Positions 44,126 to 56,378 of a DNA stretch of 64,000 nucleotides are shown here, one piece after another; position 1 is the first letter of the stretch, and every line of letters starts with the position of its first letter. This DNA comes from Pristiophorus japonicus. Lineage: Eukaryota. Location: positions 92,256,001 to 92,320,000 of the forward strand of contig NC_091994.1 in assembly GCF_044704955.1 (NCBI RefSeq), read 5' to 3'. Position numbers and translations under genes: made by a program. A model generated the notes under the pieces. That model had not been told where the DNA came from. It was given only the letters and a program-made list of their open reading frames with translations, and ran no database searches.

Positions 44126-44405
44126 TAGGCAGTCCCTCGAAGCGAGGATGACTTGCTTCCATGCCAAAAAGGGATGCGTTCACAGGTGTTTCAATGAAGG
44201 ACCGAATATTCCAGATCCCGAACTACATTGTGAAAGGTGGAAGATGCCTGTGCTTGGATTTTTTTTTAACGCGTGGTGGCCGTTGCACACCAGCTACCAC
44301 AAGGGCTTGACAGAGCGAGGTCTTGGTCCAGTGGCAAGGATTACCCAAGACCAACTGGAGACCAGCTCTGCTGCACAAATCGAGCGCGCACACATATCGC
44401 AGTGC
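44126..44405 (-). mobile_element. Second copy of the bipartite RTE-derived SINE-like element
   Basis: Colinear with 10198-10475. Confidence 0.7.
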
Positions 44406-46045
44406 CCTTTCCTGCTTTCTCTCCATACCCCTTTGTGATATATTCACAGAGCACAGCACACACAGCTTTTAACATGGCAGGCAGCTCTCTCGGAAGCCTC
44501 CAGAAATCTGCCTCGTTCTGTTTATTATTAACCCTGCACTTCCAGTACACAATATGTCCACATCCACAGTGTGGAGCTACAAACATTACAAGCTGACAGA
44601 CATTACACCCTTGATCCCCTTCGCTGTAAGGGCCATATCTAACTCCCTCTTGAATATATCCAATGAACTGGCATCAACAACTCTCTGCAGCAGGGAATTC
44701 CACAGATTAACAACTCTCTGAGTGAAGAAGTTTCTCCTCATCTCAGTCCTAAATGGCCTACCCCTTATCCTAAGACTGTGTCCCCTGCTTCTGGACTTCC
44801 CCAACATTGGGAACATTCTACCCGCATCTAACCTGTCCCGTCCCGTCAGAATCTTATATGTTTCTATGAGATCCCCTCTCACCCTTCTAAACTCCAATGT
44901 ATAAAGGCCCAGTTGATCCAGTCTCTCCTCATATGTCAGTCCAGCCATCCTGGGAACCAGTCCAGTGAACCTTCGCTGCACTCCCTCAATAGCAAGAACG
45001 TCCTTCCTCAAATTAGGAGACCAAAACTGAACACAATATTCCAGGTGAGGCCTTACCAAGGCCCTGTACAACTGTAGTAAGACCTCCTTGCTCCTATACT
45101 CAAATCCCCTAGCTATGAAGGCCAACATACCATTTGCCTTTTTCACCACCTACTGTACCTGTATGCCAACTTTCAATGACTGATGAACCATGACACCCAG
45201 GTCTCGTTGCACCTCCCCTTTTCCTAATCTGCCGCCATTCAGATAATCTGCCTTCACGTTTTTGCCCCCAAAGTGGATAACCTCACATTTATCCACATTA
45301 TACTGCATCTGCCATGCATTTGCCCACTCACCTAACCTGTCCAAGTCACCCTGCAGCCTCTTAGCGTCCCCTTCACAGCTCACACCGCCACCCAGTTTAG
45401 TGTCATCTGCAACCTTGGAGATATTACATTCAATTCCTTCATCCAAATCATTGATGTATATTGTAAAGAGCTGGGGTCCCAGCATTGAGCCCTGCAGCAC
45501 TCCACTAGTCACTGCCTGCCATTCTGAAAAGGACCCATTTTTCCTGACTCTCTGCTTCCTGTCTGCCAACCAGTTCTCTATCCACGTCAGTATATTATCC
45601 CCAATACCATGTGCTTTGATTTTGCACACCAAGCTCTTGTGTGGGACCTTGTCAAAAGCCTTTTGAAATTCCAAATACACCACATCCACTGGTTCTCCCT
45701 TGTCCAGTCTACTAGTTATATCCTCAAAACACTCCAGAAGATTTGTCAAGCATGATTTCCATTTCATAAATCCATGCTGACTTGGACCGATCCTGTCACT
45801 GCTTTCCAAATGCGCTGCTATTTCATCCTTAATAATTGATTACAATATTTTCCCCACTACTGATGTCAGGCTAACCGGTCTATAATTACCCGCTTTCTCT
45901 CTCCCTCCCTTTTTAAAAAGTGGTGTTACATTAGCTACCCTCCAGTCCATAGGAACTGACCCAGAGTTGATAGACTGTTGGAAAATTATCACCAATGCAT
46001 CCACTATTTGTACGGCCACTTCCTTAAGTACTCTGGGATGCATAC
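44405..46045 (-). mobile_element. CR1-clade LINE, 5'-truncated, containing a solo LTR
   Basis: ORFs 44586-45149, 45150-45809 and 45840-46124 carry CR1 RT motifs. Confidence 0.9.
44434..44607 (-). mobile_element. 174-bp solo LTR
   Basis: TGTGAT...ATTACA termini and a 5-bp TSD CCCTT (44429-44433 and 44608-44612). It interrupts the CR1 text CCATACCCCTT|GATCCCC. AATAAA on minus at 44521-44526. Confidence 0.8.
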
Positions 46046-47162
46046 CGTGCCGATTTCCCTCAATATAAAAATGATGAATCCCTGGACATTGACTCCCCAA
46101 CCAGAAGAAATAGTTTTCTCCCAATTAACTATCAAAACCCTTCATATCCCAATACTTCACAGAAAGTTCAGTTTCAATTCATTGCAGTGCAAACTGGCCT
46201 TTACTGTGAGCTTTGAGTGTTGGATGGAACATTGTACACCAATAGCAGTATGTGGTACCTCAGTCCATAATAGCCCCAATCCCGACACCTGTCGGCACAA
46301 ATAAGCTCCACCATTCAGGAATGTCCAAGATTCCGTCCTTAGGTGGTGCTGAGTCAGTGGGGTTCAACTATTCAGTTGAATTAGAATTATCTCTTGTTCT
46401 TCCCTCCTTATGTTCAAAGTGTACAGAAATTAGAAATTGTTGCTTACCAGTTTTTACAGCTAGAATAAATCCACTGGACCTGATGGCCTAGTGGATGCAT
46501 TGGTTTTGATCTTTAAGAATTCCCTAGATTCGAGAACCGTCCTGCAGATTTTAAGGTAGAAAATGTAAACCCCGCTATTCAAGAAAGAAGGGAGAGAGAA
46601 AACAAGGAACTACAGACCAGTTAGCCTGATATCAGTAGGAGGGAAAATGCTAGAATATATTATTAGGGACGTGGTAACAGGGCACTTAGAAAATCATAAT
46701 ATGATTGGGCAGAGTCAATACGAATTTATGAAAGGGAAATTGTGTTTGACAAATCTGTTGAGTTTTTTTGAGGTTGTAAGTAGCAGGGTAGATCATCATC
46801 ATCATAGGCAGTCCCTCGAAATCGAGGAAGACTTGCTTCCACTCCAAAAGTGGGTTCTCAGGTGACTGTACAGTCCAATATGGGAATTACAGCCTCTGTC
46901 GCAGGTAGGAAAGACGGTCATCGGAGGAAAGGGTGGATGGGGAGTCTGGTTTGCCGCACGCTCCTTCCACTGTCTGCGCTTGTTTTCTGCCTGCTCTCGG
47001 CATCGAGACTTGAGGTGCTCCGCGCCCTCCCGGATGCTCTCCCTCTACTTAGGGCGGTCTTTGGCCAGGGACTCCCAGGTGTCGATGGGGATGTTGCACT
47101 TTATCAAGGAGACTTTGAGGGTGTCCTTGAAACATTTCCTCTGCCTACCTGGGGCTCGCTTG

Positions 47163-50100
47163 TCTCATGTATCTCACACTACTGTATATAACTGTATCTT
47201 ACCATGCTATACATGACTGTAACTAGATATGACTTGTAACCACAAGCATACTTTACCTCCAGGGTTGCACTTGCAGGAGACACTGCATACCTGTTCCACA
47301 CAGGTATATAAAGGCAGGTCTCAGGCAAGTGTGGCACTCAAGAGCTGTGAAATAAAGGTGCAGGTCCAGAGTGACCTTTGACTTCAGCATGTACCTCGTG
47401 TAAGCCTGTACTGCAGGGTCAGGACTTTACAGTGGCGACGAGGCTGGGATCACAGAATCCACAGAATGGCTACCAATAGCTCAGATGAGAACTACAATGC
47501 TGGAGACAATTGGGAGGACTTTATAGAAAGGCTCCAGCAAAGCTTTGTAAGCAAAGACTGGTTGGGCGACGATAAGGCAGACAAGAGAAGAGCCCATCAC
47601 TTGACCAGCTGTGGCTCGAAAACATACGCCTTAATGAAGGACCCGCTGGCACCCGAGAAACCAGCAAGCAAGTCGTTTGAGGAGTTGAGCACACTGGTGA
47701 GAGACCACCTGAAACCAGCGAGCAGCCTACACATGGCCAGACACAGGTTCTACAACTACAGACGCTGTGTGGGCCAGAGCATACCCAACTTTGTGGCGGA
47801 ACTTCGGAGGCTGGCTAGTTTATGTGAGTTCTCCGATGAACTAAGGAGAGAAGTACTGAGAGACTTTTTTATTGAAGGAATAGGCCCAGAACATAAGGCA
47901 TAGAACATAAGAACATAAGAATTAGGAAAGGAGTAGGCCATCTAGCCCCTCGAGCCTGCTCCGCCATTCAAAAAGATCATGGCTGATCTGGCCGTGGACT
48001 CAGCTCCACTTACCCGCCCGCTCCCCATAACCCTTAATTCCCTTATTGGTTAAAAATCTATCTATCTGTGACTTGAATACATTCAATGAGCTAGCCTCAA
48101 CTGCTTCCCTGGGCAGAGAATTCCACAGATTCACACCCTCTGGGAGAAGAAATTCCTTCTCAACTTGGTTTTAAATTGGCTCCCCAGTATTTTGAGGCTG
48201 TGCCCCCTAGTTCTAGTCTCCCCGACCAGTGGAAACAACCTCTCTGCCTCTATCTTGTCTATCACTTTCATTATTTTAAATGTTTCTATAAGATCACCCT
48301 TCATCCTTCTGAACTCCAACGAGTAAAGACCCAGTCTACTCAATCTAACATCATAAGGTAACCCCTTCATCTCCGGAATCAGCCTATTGAATCGTCTCTG
48401 TACCCCTTTCAAAGCTAGTATATCCTTCCTTAAGTAAGGTGACCAAAACTGCACGCAGTACTCCAGATGCGGCCTCACCAATACACTGTACAGTTGCAGC
48501 AGGACCTCCCTGCTTTTGTACTCCATCCCTCTCGCAATGAAGGCCAACATTCCATTCGCCTTCCTGATTACCTGCTGCACCTGCAAACTAACTTTTTGGG
48601 ATTCATGCACAAGGACCCCCAGGTCCCTCTGCACTGCAGCAAGTTGTAATTTCTCCCCATTCAAATAATATTCCCGTTTACTGTTTTTTTTTCCAAGGTG
48701 GATGACCTCACATTTTCCGACATTGTATTCCATCAGCCAAACCTTAGCCCATTCGCTTAACCTATCTAAATCTCTTTGCCGCCTCTCTGTGTCCTCTACA
48801 CAACCCGCTTTCCCACTAATCTTTGTGTCATCTGCAAATTTTGTTACACTACACTCAGTCTCCTCTTCCAGGTCATCTATGTATATTGTAAACATTTGTG
48901 GTCCCAGCACCGATCCCTGCGGCACACCACTAACCACCGATTTCCAACCTGAAAAGGACCCATTTATCCCGACTCTCTGCTTTCTGTTAGCCAGCCAATT
49001 CTCGATCCATGCTAATACATTTCCTCTGACTCCGCGTACCTTTATCTTCTGCAGTAACCTTTTGTGTGGCACCTTATCGAATGCCTTTTGGAAATCTAAA
49101 TACACCACATCCATCGGTACACCTCTATCCACCATGCTCATTATATCCTCAAAGAATTCCAGTAAATGAGTTAACCATGATTTCCCCTTCATGAATCCAT
49201 GTTGCGTCTGCTTGATTGCACTATTCCTATCTAGATGTCCCGCTATTTCTTCCTTAATGTTAGCTTCAAGCATTTTTCCCACTACAGATGTTAAACTAAC
49301 CGGCCTATAGTTACCTGCCTTTTATAGTCTGCCCCCTTTTTTAAACAGAGGCGTTACATTAGCTGCTTTCTAATCCACTGGTACCTCCCCAGAGTCCAGT
49401 GAATTTTGGTAGATTATAACAAATGCATCTGCTATAACTTCCGCCATCTCTTTTAATACCCTGGGATGCATTTCATCAGGACCAGGGGACTTGTCTACCT
49501 TGAGTCCCATTAGCCTGTCCAGCACTACCTCCCTAGTGATAGTGATTGTCTCAAGGTTCTCCCTTCCCACATTCCCGTGACCAGCAATTTTTGGCATGGT
49601 TTTTGTGTCTTCCACTGTGAAGACCGAAGCAAAATAATTGTTTAAGGTCTCAGCCATTTCCACATTTCCCATTACTAAAACCCCCTTCTCATCTTCTAAA
49701 GGACCAACATTTACTTTAGTCACTCTTTTCTGTTTTATATATCGGTAAAAGCTATTACGATCTGTTTTTATGTTTTGCGCAAGTTTGCTTTCGTAATCTA
49801 TCTTTCCTTTCTTTATTGCTTTCTTAGTCATTCTTTGCTGTCATTTAAAATTTTCCCAATCTTCTAGTTTCCCACTAACCTTGGCCACCTTATACGCATT
49901 GGTTTTTAATTTGATAATCTCCTTTATTTCCTTGGTTATCCACGGCTGGTTATCCATTCTCTTACCGCCCTTCTTTTTCACTGGAATATATTTTTGTTGA
50001 GCACTATGAAAGTGCTCCTTAAAAGTCCTCCACTGTTCCTCAATTGTGCCACCGTTTAGTCTGTGTTCCCAGCCTACTTTAGCTAACTCTGCCCTCATCC

Positions 50101-53100
50101 CACTGTAGTCTCCTTTGTTTAAGCATAGTATGCTCATTTGAGACACTACTTCCTCACCCTCAATCTGTATTACAAATTCAATCATACTGTGATCACTCAT
50201 TCCGAGAGGATCTTTTACTAGGAGATCGATTATTATTCCTGTCTCATTACACAGGACCAGATCTAAGATCGCTTGCTCCCTTGTAGGTTCTGTAACATAC
50301 TGTTCTAAGAAACAATCCCGTATGTATTCTATGAATTCCTCCTCCAGACTACCCCGTGCGATTTGATTTGACCAATCGATATGTAGGTTAAAATCCCCCA
50401 TGATTACTGCCATTCCTTTTTCACATGCCTCCATTATTCCCTTGATTATTGCCCGCCCCACCGTGAAGTTATTATTTGGGGGCCTATAAACTACACCCAC
50501 CAGTGACTTTTTCCCCTTACTATCTCTAATCCCCACCCACAATAATTCATTAGAGCCAATATCACCTCTCACAACTGCCCTGATATCATCCTTTATTAAC
50601 AGAGCTACCCCACCTCCTTTCCCTTCTTGTCTATCCTTCCGAATTGTCAGATACCCCTGTATGTTTAATTCCCAGTCTTGGCCACCCTGCAACCACGTTT
50701 CTGTAATGGCCAACAAACCATACCCATTTGTAATGATTTGTGCCGTCAACTCATTTACTTTATTTCGAATGCTGCGTGTGTTTCGGTAAAGTGTTTTAAT
50801 ACTAGCTTTTAAACCATGATTTTTAGTTTTGACCCCTCCTGCAGCCCCTTTATATTCATACATATTGTCCCTTCCTATCACCTTGAGGTTTACACTTACC
50901 CCAGTGCTACTCTGCTCTGTTGCCTCCTGCCTTTTGCATTCTTTCTTGGGGTCCTGTTCATCTGCGATCTCACCCACTCTAACTAGCTCAGAGCCCTCTC
51001 CTGCGTTCCGAATACTCTTCGCATTGAGGCACCGAGCTTTCAGGCTTGCCTTTTTATTGCATTTTGACCCTTTAGAATTTTGCTGTACATTGGCCCTTTT
51101 TGTTTTTTGCCTTGGGTTTCTCTGCCCTCCACTTTTACACATCTCTTTTCTGTCTTTTGTTTCTATCTCCATTTTGTTTCCCTCTGTCTCCCTGCATTGG
51201 TTCCCATCCCCCTGCCATATTAGTTTAACTCCTCCCCAACAGCACTAGCAAACACTGCCCCTAGGACATTGGTTCCGGTCCTGCCCAGGTGCAGACCGTC
51301 CAGTTTGTACTGGTCCCACCTCCCCCAGAACCGGTTCCAATGCCCCAGGAATTTGAATTCCTCCCTGCTGCACCACTGGTCAAGCCACGTATTCATCTGC
51401 GCTATCCAGTGATTCCTACTCTGACTAGCATGTGGCACTGGTAGCAATCCCGAGATTACTACTTTTGAGGTCCTACTTTTTAATTTAGCTCCTAGCTCCT
51501 TAAATTCATCTCGTAGGACCTCATCCCTTTTTTTACCTATGTCGTTGGTACCAATGTGCACCACGACAACTGGCTGTTCTCCCTCCCTTTTCAGAATGTC
51601 CTGCACCCGCTCAGAGACATCCTTAACCCTTGCACCAGGGAGGCAACATAACATCCTGGAGTCTCGGTTGCGGCCGCAGAAATGCCTATCTATTCCCTTT
51701 ACAATTGAATCCCCTATCACTATCGCTCTCCCATCTTTTTCCTGCCCTCCTGTGCAACAGAGCCAGCCACGGTGCCATGAACTTGGCTGCTGCTGCCCTC
51801 CCGTGATGAGTCATCCCCCTCAACAGTACTCAAAGCAGTGTATCTGTTTTGCAGGGGGATGACCGCAGGGTACCCCTGCACTACCTTCCTTGCACTGCTC
51901 TTCCTGCTGGTCTTCCATTCCCTAGCTGGCTGTGGACCCTTCACCTGCGGTAAGACCAACTCGCTACACGTGCTACTCACGTCATTCTCAGCATCGTGGA
52001 TGCTCCAGAGTAAATCCACCCTCAGCTCCAATTCCGCAACGCGGACCATCAGGAGCTGGCGGCAGATACACTTCCCGCACACGTAGTCGTCAGGGACACC
52101 GGAAGTGTCCCTGAGTTCCCACATGGTACAGGAGGAGCATATCACGTGACCGAGCTCTCCTGCCATGACTTAACCCTTCGATACACTTAATTTGGCGACA
52201 ACAATGTTAACAAGTTACTTACTGATATAAAAAAGAAGAAGAAAAGCTACTCACCAATCACCAGCCAATCACATACCCCTTTGGCTGTGACGTCACCTTT
52301 TGATTCCTTTCTACTTCTTTTTTGCTTTTTCTCCCAGCTGGAGCTGCACAAGCTGGGCCTTTATAGACCTCTCCACGCACCTCGAGCTCCCACCTCCGAT
52401 CTGCCGCCGCCTCTCGCAGCCACTGGGCCTTTATAGGCCTCTGCACGAACCTCGCGCTCCCGCCTCCGAAAGCTTATAGAGACCAAGAACTTGACCCTAG
52501 AGGCAGTACCACTGGTCGCACAGACATTCTTGGCAGGAGAAGAAGAAACGAGGTTGATCTATACTGCGGGTACAACAACAAATGAAACATTGGAACAAGA
52601 GGTTCACAGCGTGAAACGAGCCGCTACCCCCACACACAGACAAAGGCAGGAGAGCAGGCCTTTAACAGTAGGCAGTGGCGCCAGAAGCCATCAAGGGCCA
52701 CATGAACAGCCGTTCACACCTCATCAACCCACAATGCGAACAATCAACTACAGACTGAGAGAAGCTCAAGAGAGATCAGCCAGATGCAGCTCATCCTTCG
52801 GAAACAATAGAAGCGGTCTGTGCTGGAGATGTGGGGGAAGGCACTCAACAAGGGGGTGTCGATTTCAGCATGCTGTTTGCAGAAACTGCAACTATACAGG
52901 GCATCTGGCTCGCATGTGCAGAAAAACAGCAGCTCGGCTGGTATATGAATCGGAAGGGTCGGAAAGCGGACCAGAAGACGGTGGAGACAGTGCCCGGGAC
53001 GCCAGGGTACAGCGGGTCAACACGATCAATGTCCACTGTTCTTACAACAAGACGCCTCCAATAATGATGAGGGTCCTACTCAACGGGATACCCATCAACA

Positions 53101-56100
53101 TGGAACTGGATACGGGAGCTAGTCAATCTCTCATGAGCGTCCAACAATTTGAACAGCTGTGGCCGCACAAAAGCAACAGACCAAAACTCACATGGATCGA
53201 CACCAAACTAAGGACCTATACCAAAGAAATCGTCCCAGTCCTTGGCAGCACCATGCTCTCAGTCACACACAAAGGGACGGTGAACCGACTTCCCCTGTGG
53301 ATTGTCCCCGGAGATCTCCCAGCACTGTTGGGGAGAAGCTGGCTGGCAAAACTAAATTGGAAATGGGATGATGTTCACGCCATGTCGTCAGAGGAACGGA
53401 CCTCCTGCTCAACAGTTCTAAGTCATTTTGAACATCTCTTTCAGCCAGGTGTGGGCACCTTCAAAGGGGCTAAAGTTAAAATCTACATCACACAGGATGC
53501 CAGACCGGTCCATCACAAGGCTAGAGCTGTGCCTTATGTGATGAGGGAAAAGATTGAGCATGAACTGGACCGGCTTCTGTGGGAAGGCATTATCTCACCC
53601 GTGGAATTTAGCGACTGGGCAAGTCCCATCGTCCCCGTCATGAAGCCTGATGGATTTGTACGAATCTGTGGGGATTACAAGTCTACCATAAACAGAGTCT
53701 CCCTACAGGACCAATACCCGCTGCCCAGAGTGGAGGACCTATTTGCCACATTGGCTGGAGGAAAACTTTTCTCGAAACTAGATCTCACATCTGCGTATAT
53801 GACGCAAGAACTGACCGAAGAGTCTAAGCTACTCACCACCATCAACACACATCGAGGCCTTTTTATGTACAATCGATGCCCGTTCAGCATCAGGTCGGCA
53901 GCTGCTATATTCCAGCGCAAGATGGAGAGTCTGCACAAGTCCATCCCGGGGACGGTTGTGTTTCAATATGACATACTCATCACGGGCAGGGATACCGACT
54001 CCCATCTCCGCAATTTGGAAGAAGTACTAAGTCGATTGGATCAGGTAGGCCTAAGTGTTAAGAAATCCAAGTGCCTGTTCCTCGTGCCTGAGGTTGAATT
54101 TTTGGGCAGAAGGATTGCCGCTGATGGAATCCACCCAACAGAATCCAAAACCGAAGCAATTCGTCTGGCACCCAGGCCCCGGAATGTTTCGGAACTGCGC
54201 GCCTTTCTCAGGCTACTCAATTACTTTGGGAACTTTATGCAGAACTTGAGCACGCTGCTGGAGTTTCTCCACGTGCTACTCAGAAAGGGGTGCGATTGGA
54301 TTTGGGGGGACAACCAAGAACGCGCCTTCAATAAGGCACGCAACCTTTTATGTTCCAACAGAGTTTTAGCCTTTTTTGACCCAGGTAAAAAGCTAGTTCT
54401 TACATGTGATGCGTCAGCGTACGGGGTCGGTTACGTTTTACAGCATGTCAATGATGCGGGTAAATGACAACCCATTGCTTATGCCTCCAGGTCACTTTCG
54501 CGGGCGGAGCGCGGGTACGGTATGGTTGACAAGGAGGCGCTTGCATGCGTGTACGGTGTCAAAAAGATGCCCCAATACCTTTTCGGGACCAAGTTCGCGT
54601 TAGAAACCGACCACAAACCCCTCATGTCCCTGCTATCCGAGTGCAAGGCAATAAACGCCAACGCCTCGGCGCACATTCATCGGTGGGCACTCATGCTGGC
54701 GTCGTACGACTACACAATAAGGCACAGACCAGGCACAGACAACTGTGCCGATGCGCTTAGCAGGCTACCCCTGGCGACCACGGAAGGGTCCGTCGAACAG
54801 GACTGTGAGATGGTCATGGCAATCAATGCCTTTGAATCCACAGGTTCGCCCATGACGGCTCGCCAAATCAGAGCCTGGACGACCAGCGACCCCACGTTAT
54901 CCTTAGTAAAAAGATGTGTTTTAACTGGTGACTGGGCAGAGGCTCGCGATGCCTGCCCCGAGGAGATAAAACCTTTCCATAGGCGCATGCATGAACTATC
55001 ACTACAGGCTTATGAAGGCCATAGCCAGATCCCACGTCTGGTGGCCTGGCATTGACGTGGACTTGGAGCTCTGCGTCCGGCGGTGCACCATTTGTGCCCA
55101 ACTCAGTAATGCCCCCAGGGAGACCCCCCTAAGCCCCTGGCCCTGGCCCACCAAACTGTGGTCACGGGTGCATGTAGACTATGTGGGCCCATTCATGGGC
55201 AAAATGTTCCTCGTGGTCGTCGATGCATTTTCAAAGTGGATCGAGTGCATAATTTTAAACTCGAGCACCACCTCCACCACTGTGGAGAGCCTTAGAACCA
55301 TGTTTGCAACGCACGGAATTCCTGACATATTGGTCAGTGATAATGGTCCATGCTTCACCAGCGCAGAATTTCAAGATTTTATAGTTGACCACGGCATAAA
55401 TCAGGTTAAGACGGCACCGTTCAAGCTGGCCTCCGATGGCCAGGCGGAGCGAGCAGTGCAAATCGTTAAACAAGGCATGCTAAAAATCCAAGGTCCCACG
55501 CTGCAGAGCTGCCTGTCGCGACTGCTGCTGGCATACAGATCTCATCCACACTCGTTGACTGGGGTTCTCCCCGCACAACTATTGATGAAATGGACCTTAA
55601 AGACTAGGCTCTTGTTAATCCTCCCAGACATGCATGAAATTGTTGAGGCAAAGCGCCGGAAGCTAACTGAGTACCATGACCGAAATTCGAGGGGGAGGTG
55701 GAATGAGATAGGGGACAAAGTGTTTGTTCTAAACTATGGCAGAGGTCCCAAATGGCTTGCAGGGACAGTAACAGGCAAGGAAGGAAACAGGCTACTGGTT
55801 GTACAAATGGACAATGGCCAAACCTGCCAGAGGCATATAGACCAAGTAAAAAGTAGATTCACCAACAACACTGCAGAACCAGAGGCAGGCTACAATGTGG
55901 AACTCACACCACACCTGGTGGACAGACAGAGGGAACAACCTGTGGAAAGGGCAGTCTCAACAGACAGCCCAGGCGAGATACCAGCAATCACACCGAAAGA
56001 AAAACAGGCACCAAGGCAAACAACTGAACCACAACTAAGACGCTCCATGCGAGAGCGTAGACCACCTGAGACTGAATCTATAAAGACAATAAGACCTTGG

Positions 56101-56378
56101 AGGAGGGTGATGTCATGTATCTCACACTACTGTATATAACTGTATCTTATCATGCTATACATGACTGTGACTAGATATGACCTGTAACCACAAGCATACT
56201 TTACCACCAGGGGTGCACTTGCAGGAGACACCGCATACCTGCTTCACACAGGTATATAAAGGTAGGTCTCAGGCAAGTGTGGCACTCGAGAGGTGTGAAA
56301 TAAAGGTGCAGGTCCAGAGTGACCTTGACTTCAGCATGTACCTCGTGTAAGTCTGTACTGCAGGGTCAGGACTTTACA
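47163..56378 (+). mobile_element. Full-length decayed Gypsy/Ty3 LTR retrotransposon, with gag interrupted by a CR1
   Basis: 5' LTR 47163-47431, 3' LTR 56111-56378, TSD GCTTG (47158-47162 and 56379-56383), PBS TGGCGACGAGG. ORFs: 47466-47903 (gag), 52491-54467 (CCHC, LDTGAS protease, RT), 54522-55055 (RNase H), 54991-56139 (integrase). Confidence 0.95.
47902..52469 (-). mobile_element. Near full-length CR1 LINE (5' UTR, ORF1 zinc finger/leucine zipper plus SGNH esterase, ORF2 APE-RT), disrupted
   Basis: ORF1 51720-52166 (CxxC...CxxC) and 51220-51720 (GDSIV, HIGTND, DGLHL). ORF2 APE 49841-51172 (ITETWL, GDFN, SDH) and RT 48131-49282. (TTCTTATG)n tail. Confidence 0.93.

Noticed and set aside
52491-56139. 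Long gag-pol ORFs as an active or domesticated retroelement
   Set aside because: Gag is split by a CR1, pol has stops and frameshifts, the RT catalytic motif reads FQYD, and the LTRs have diverged.
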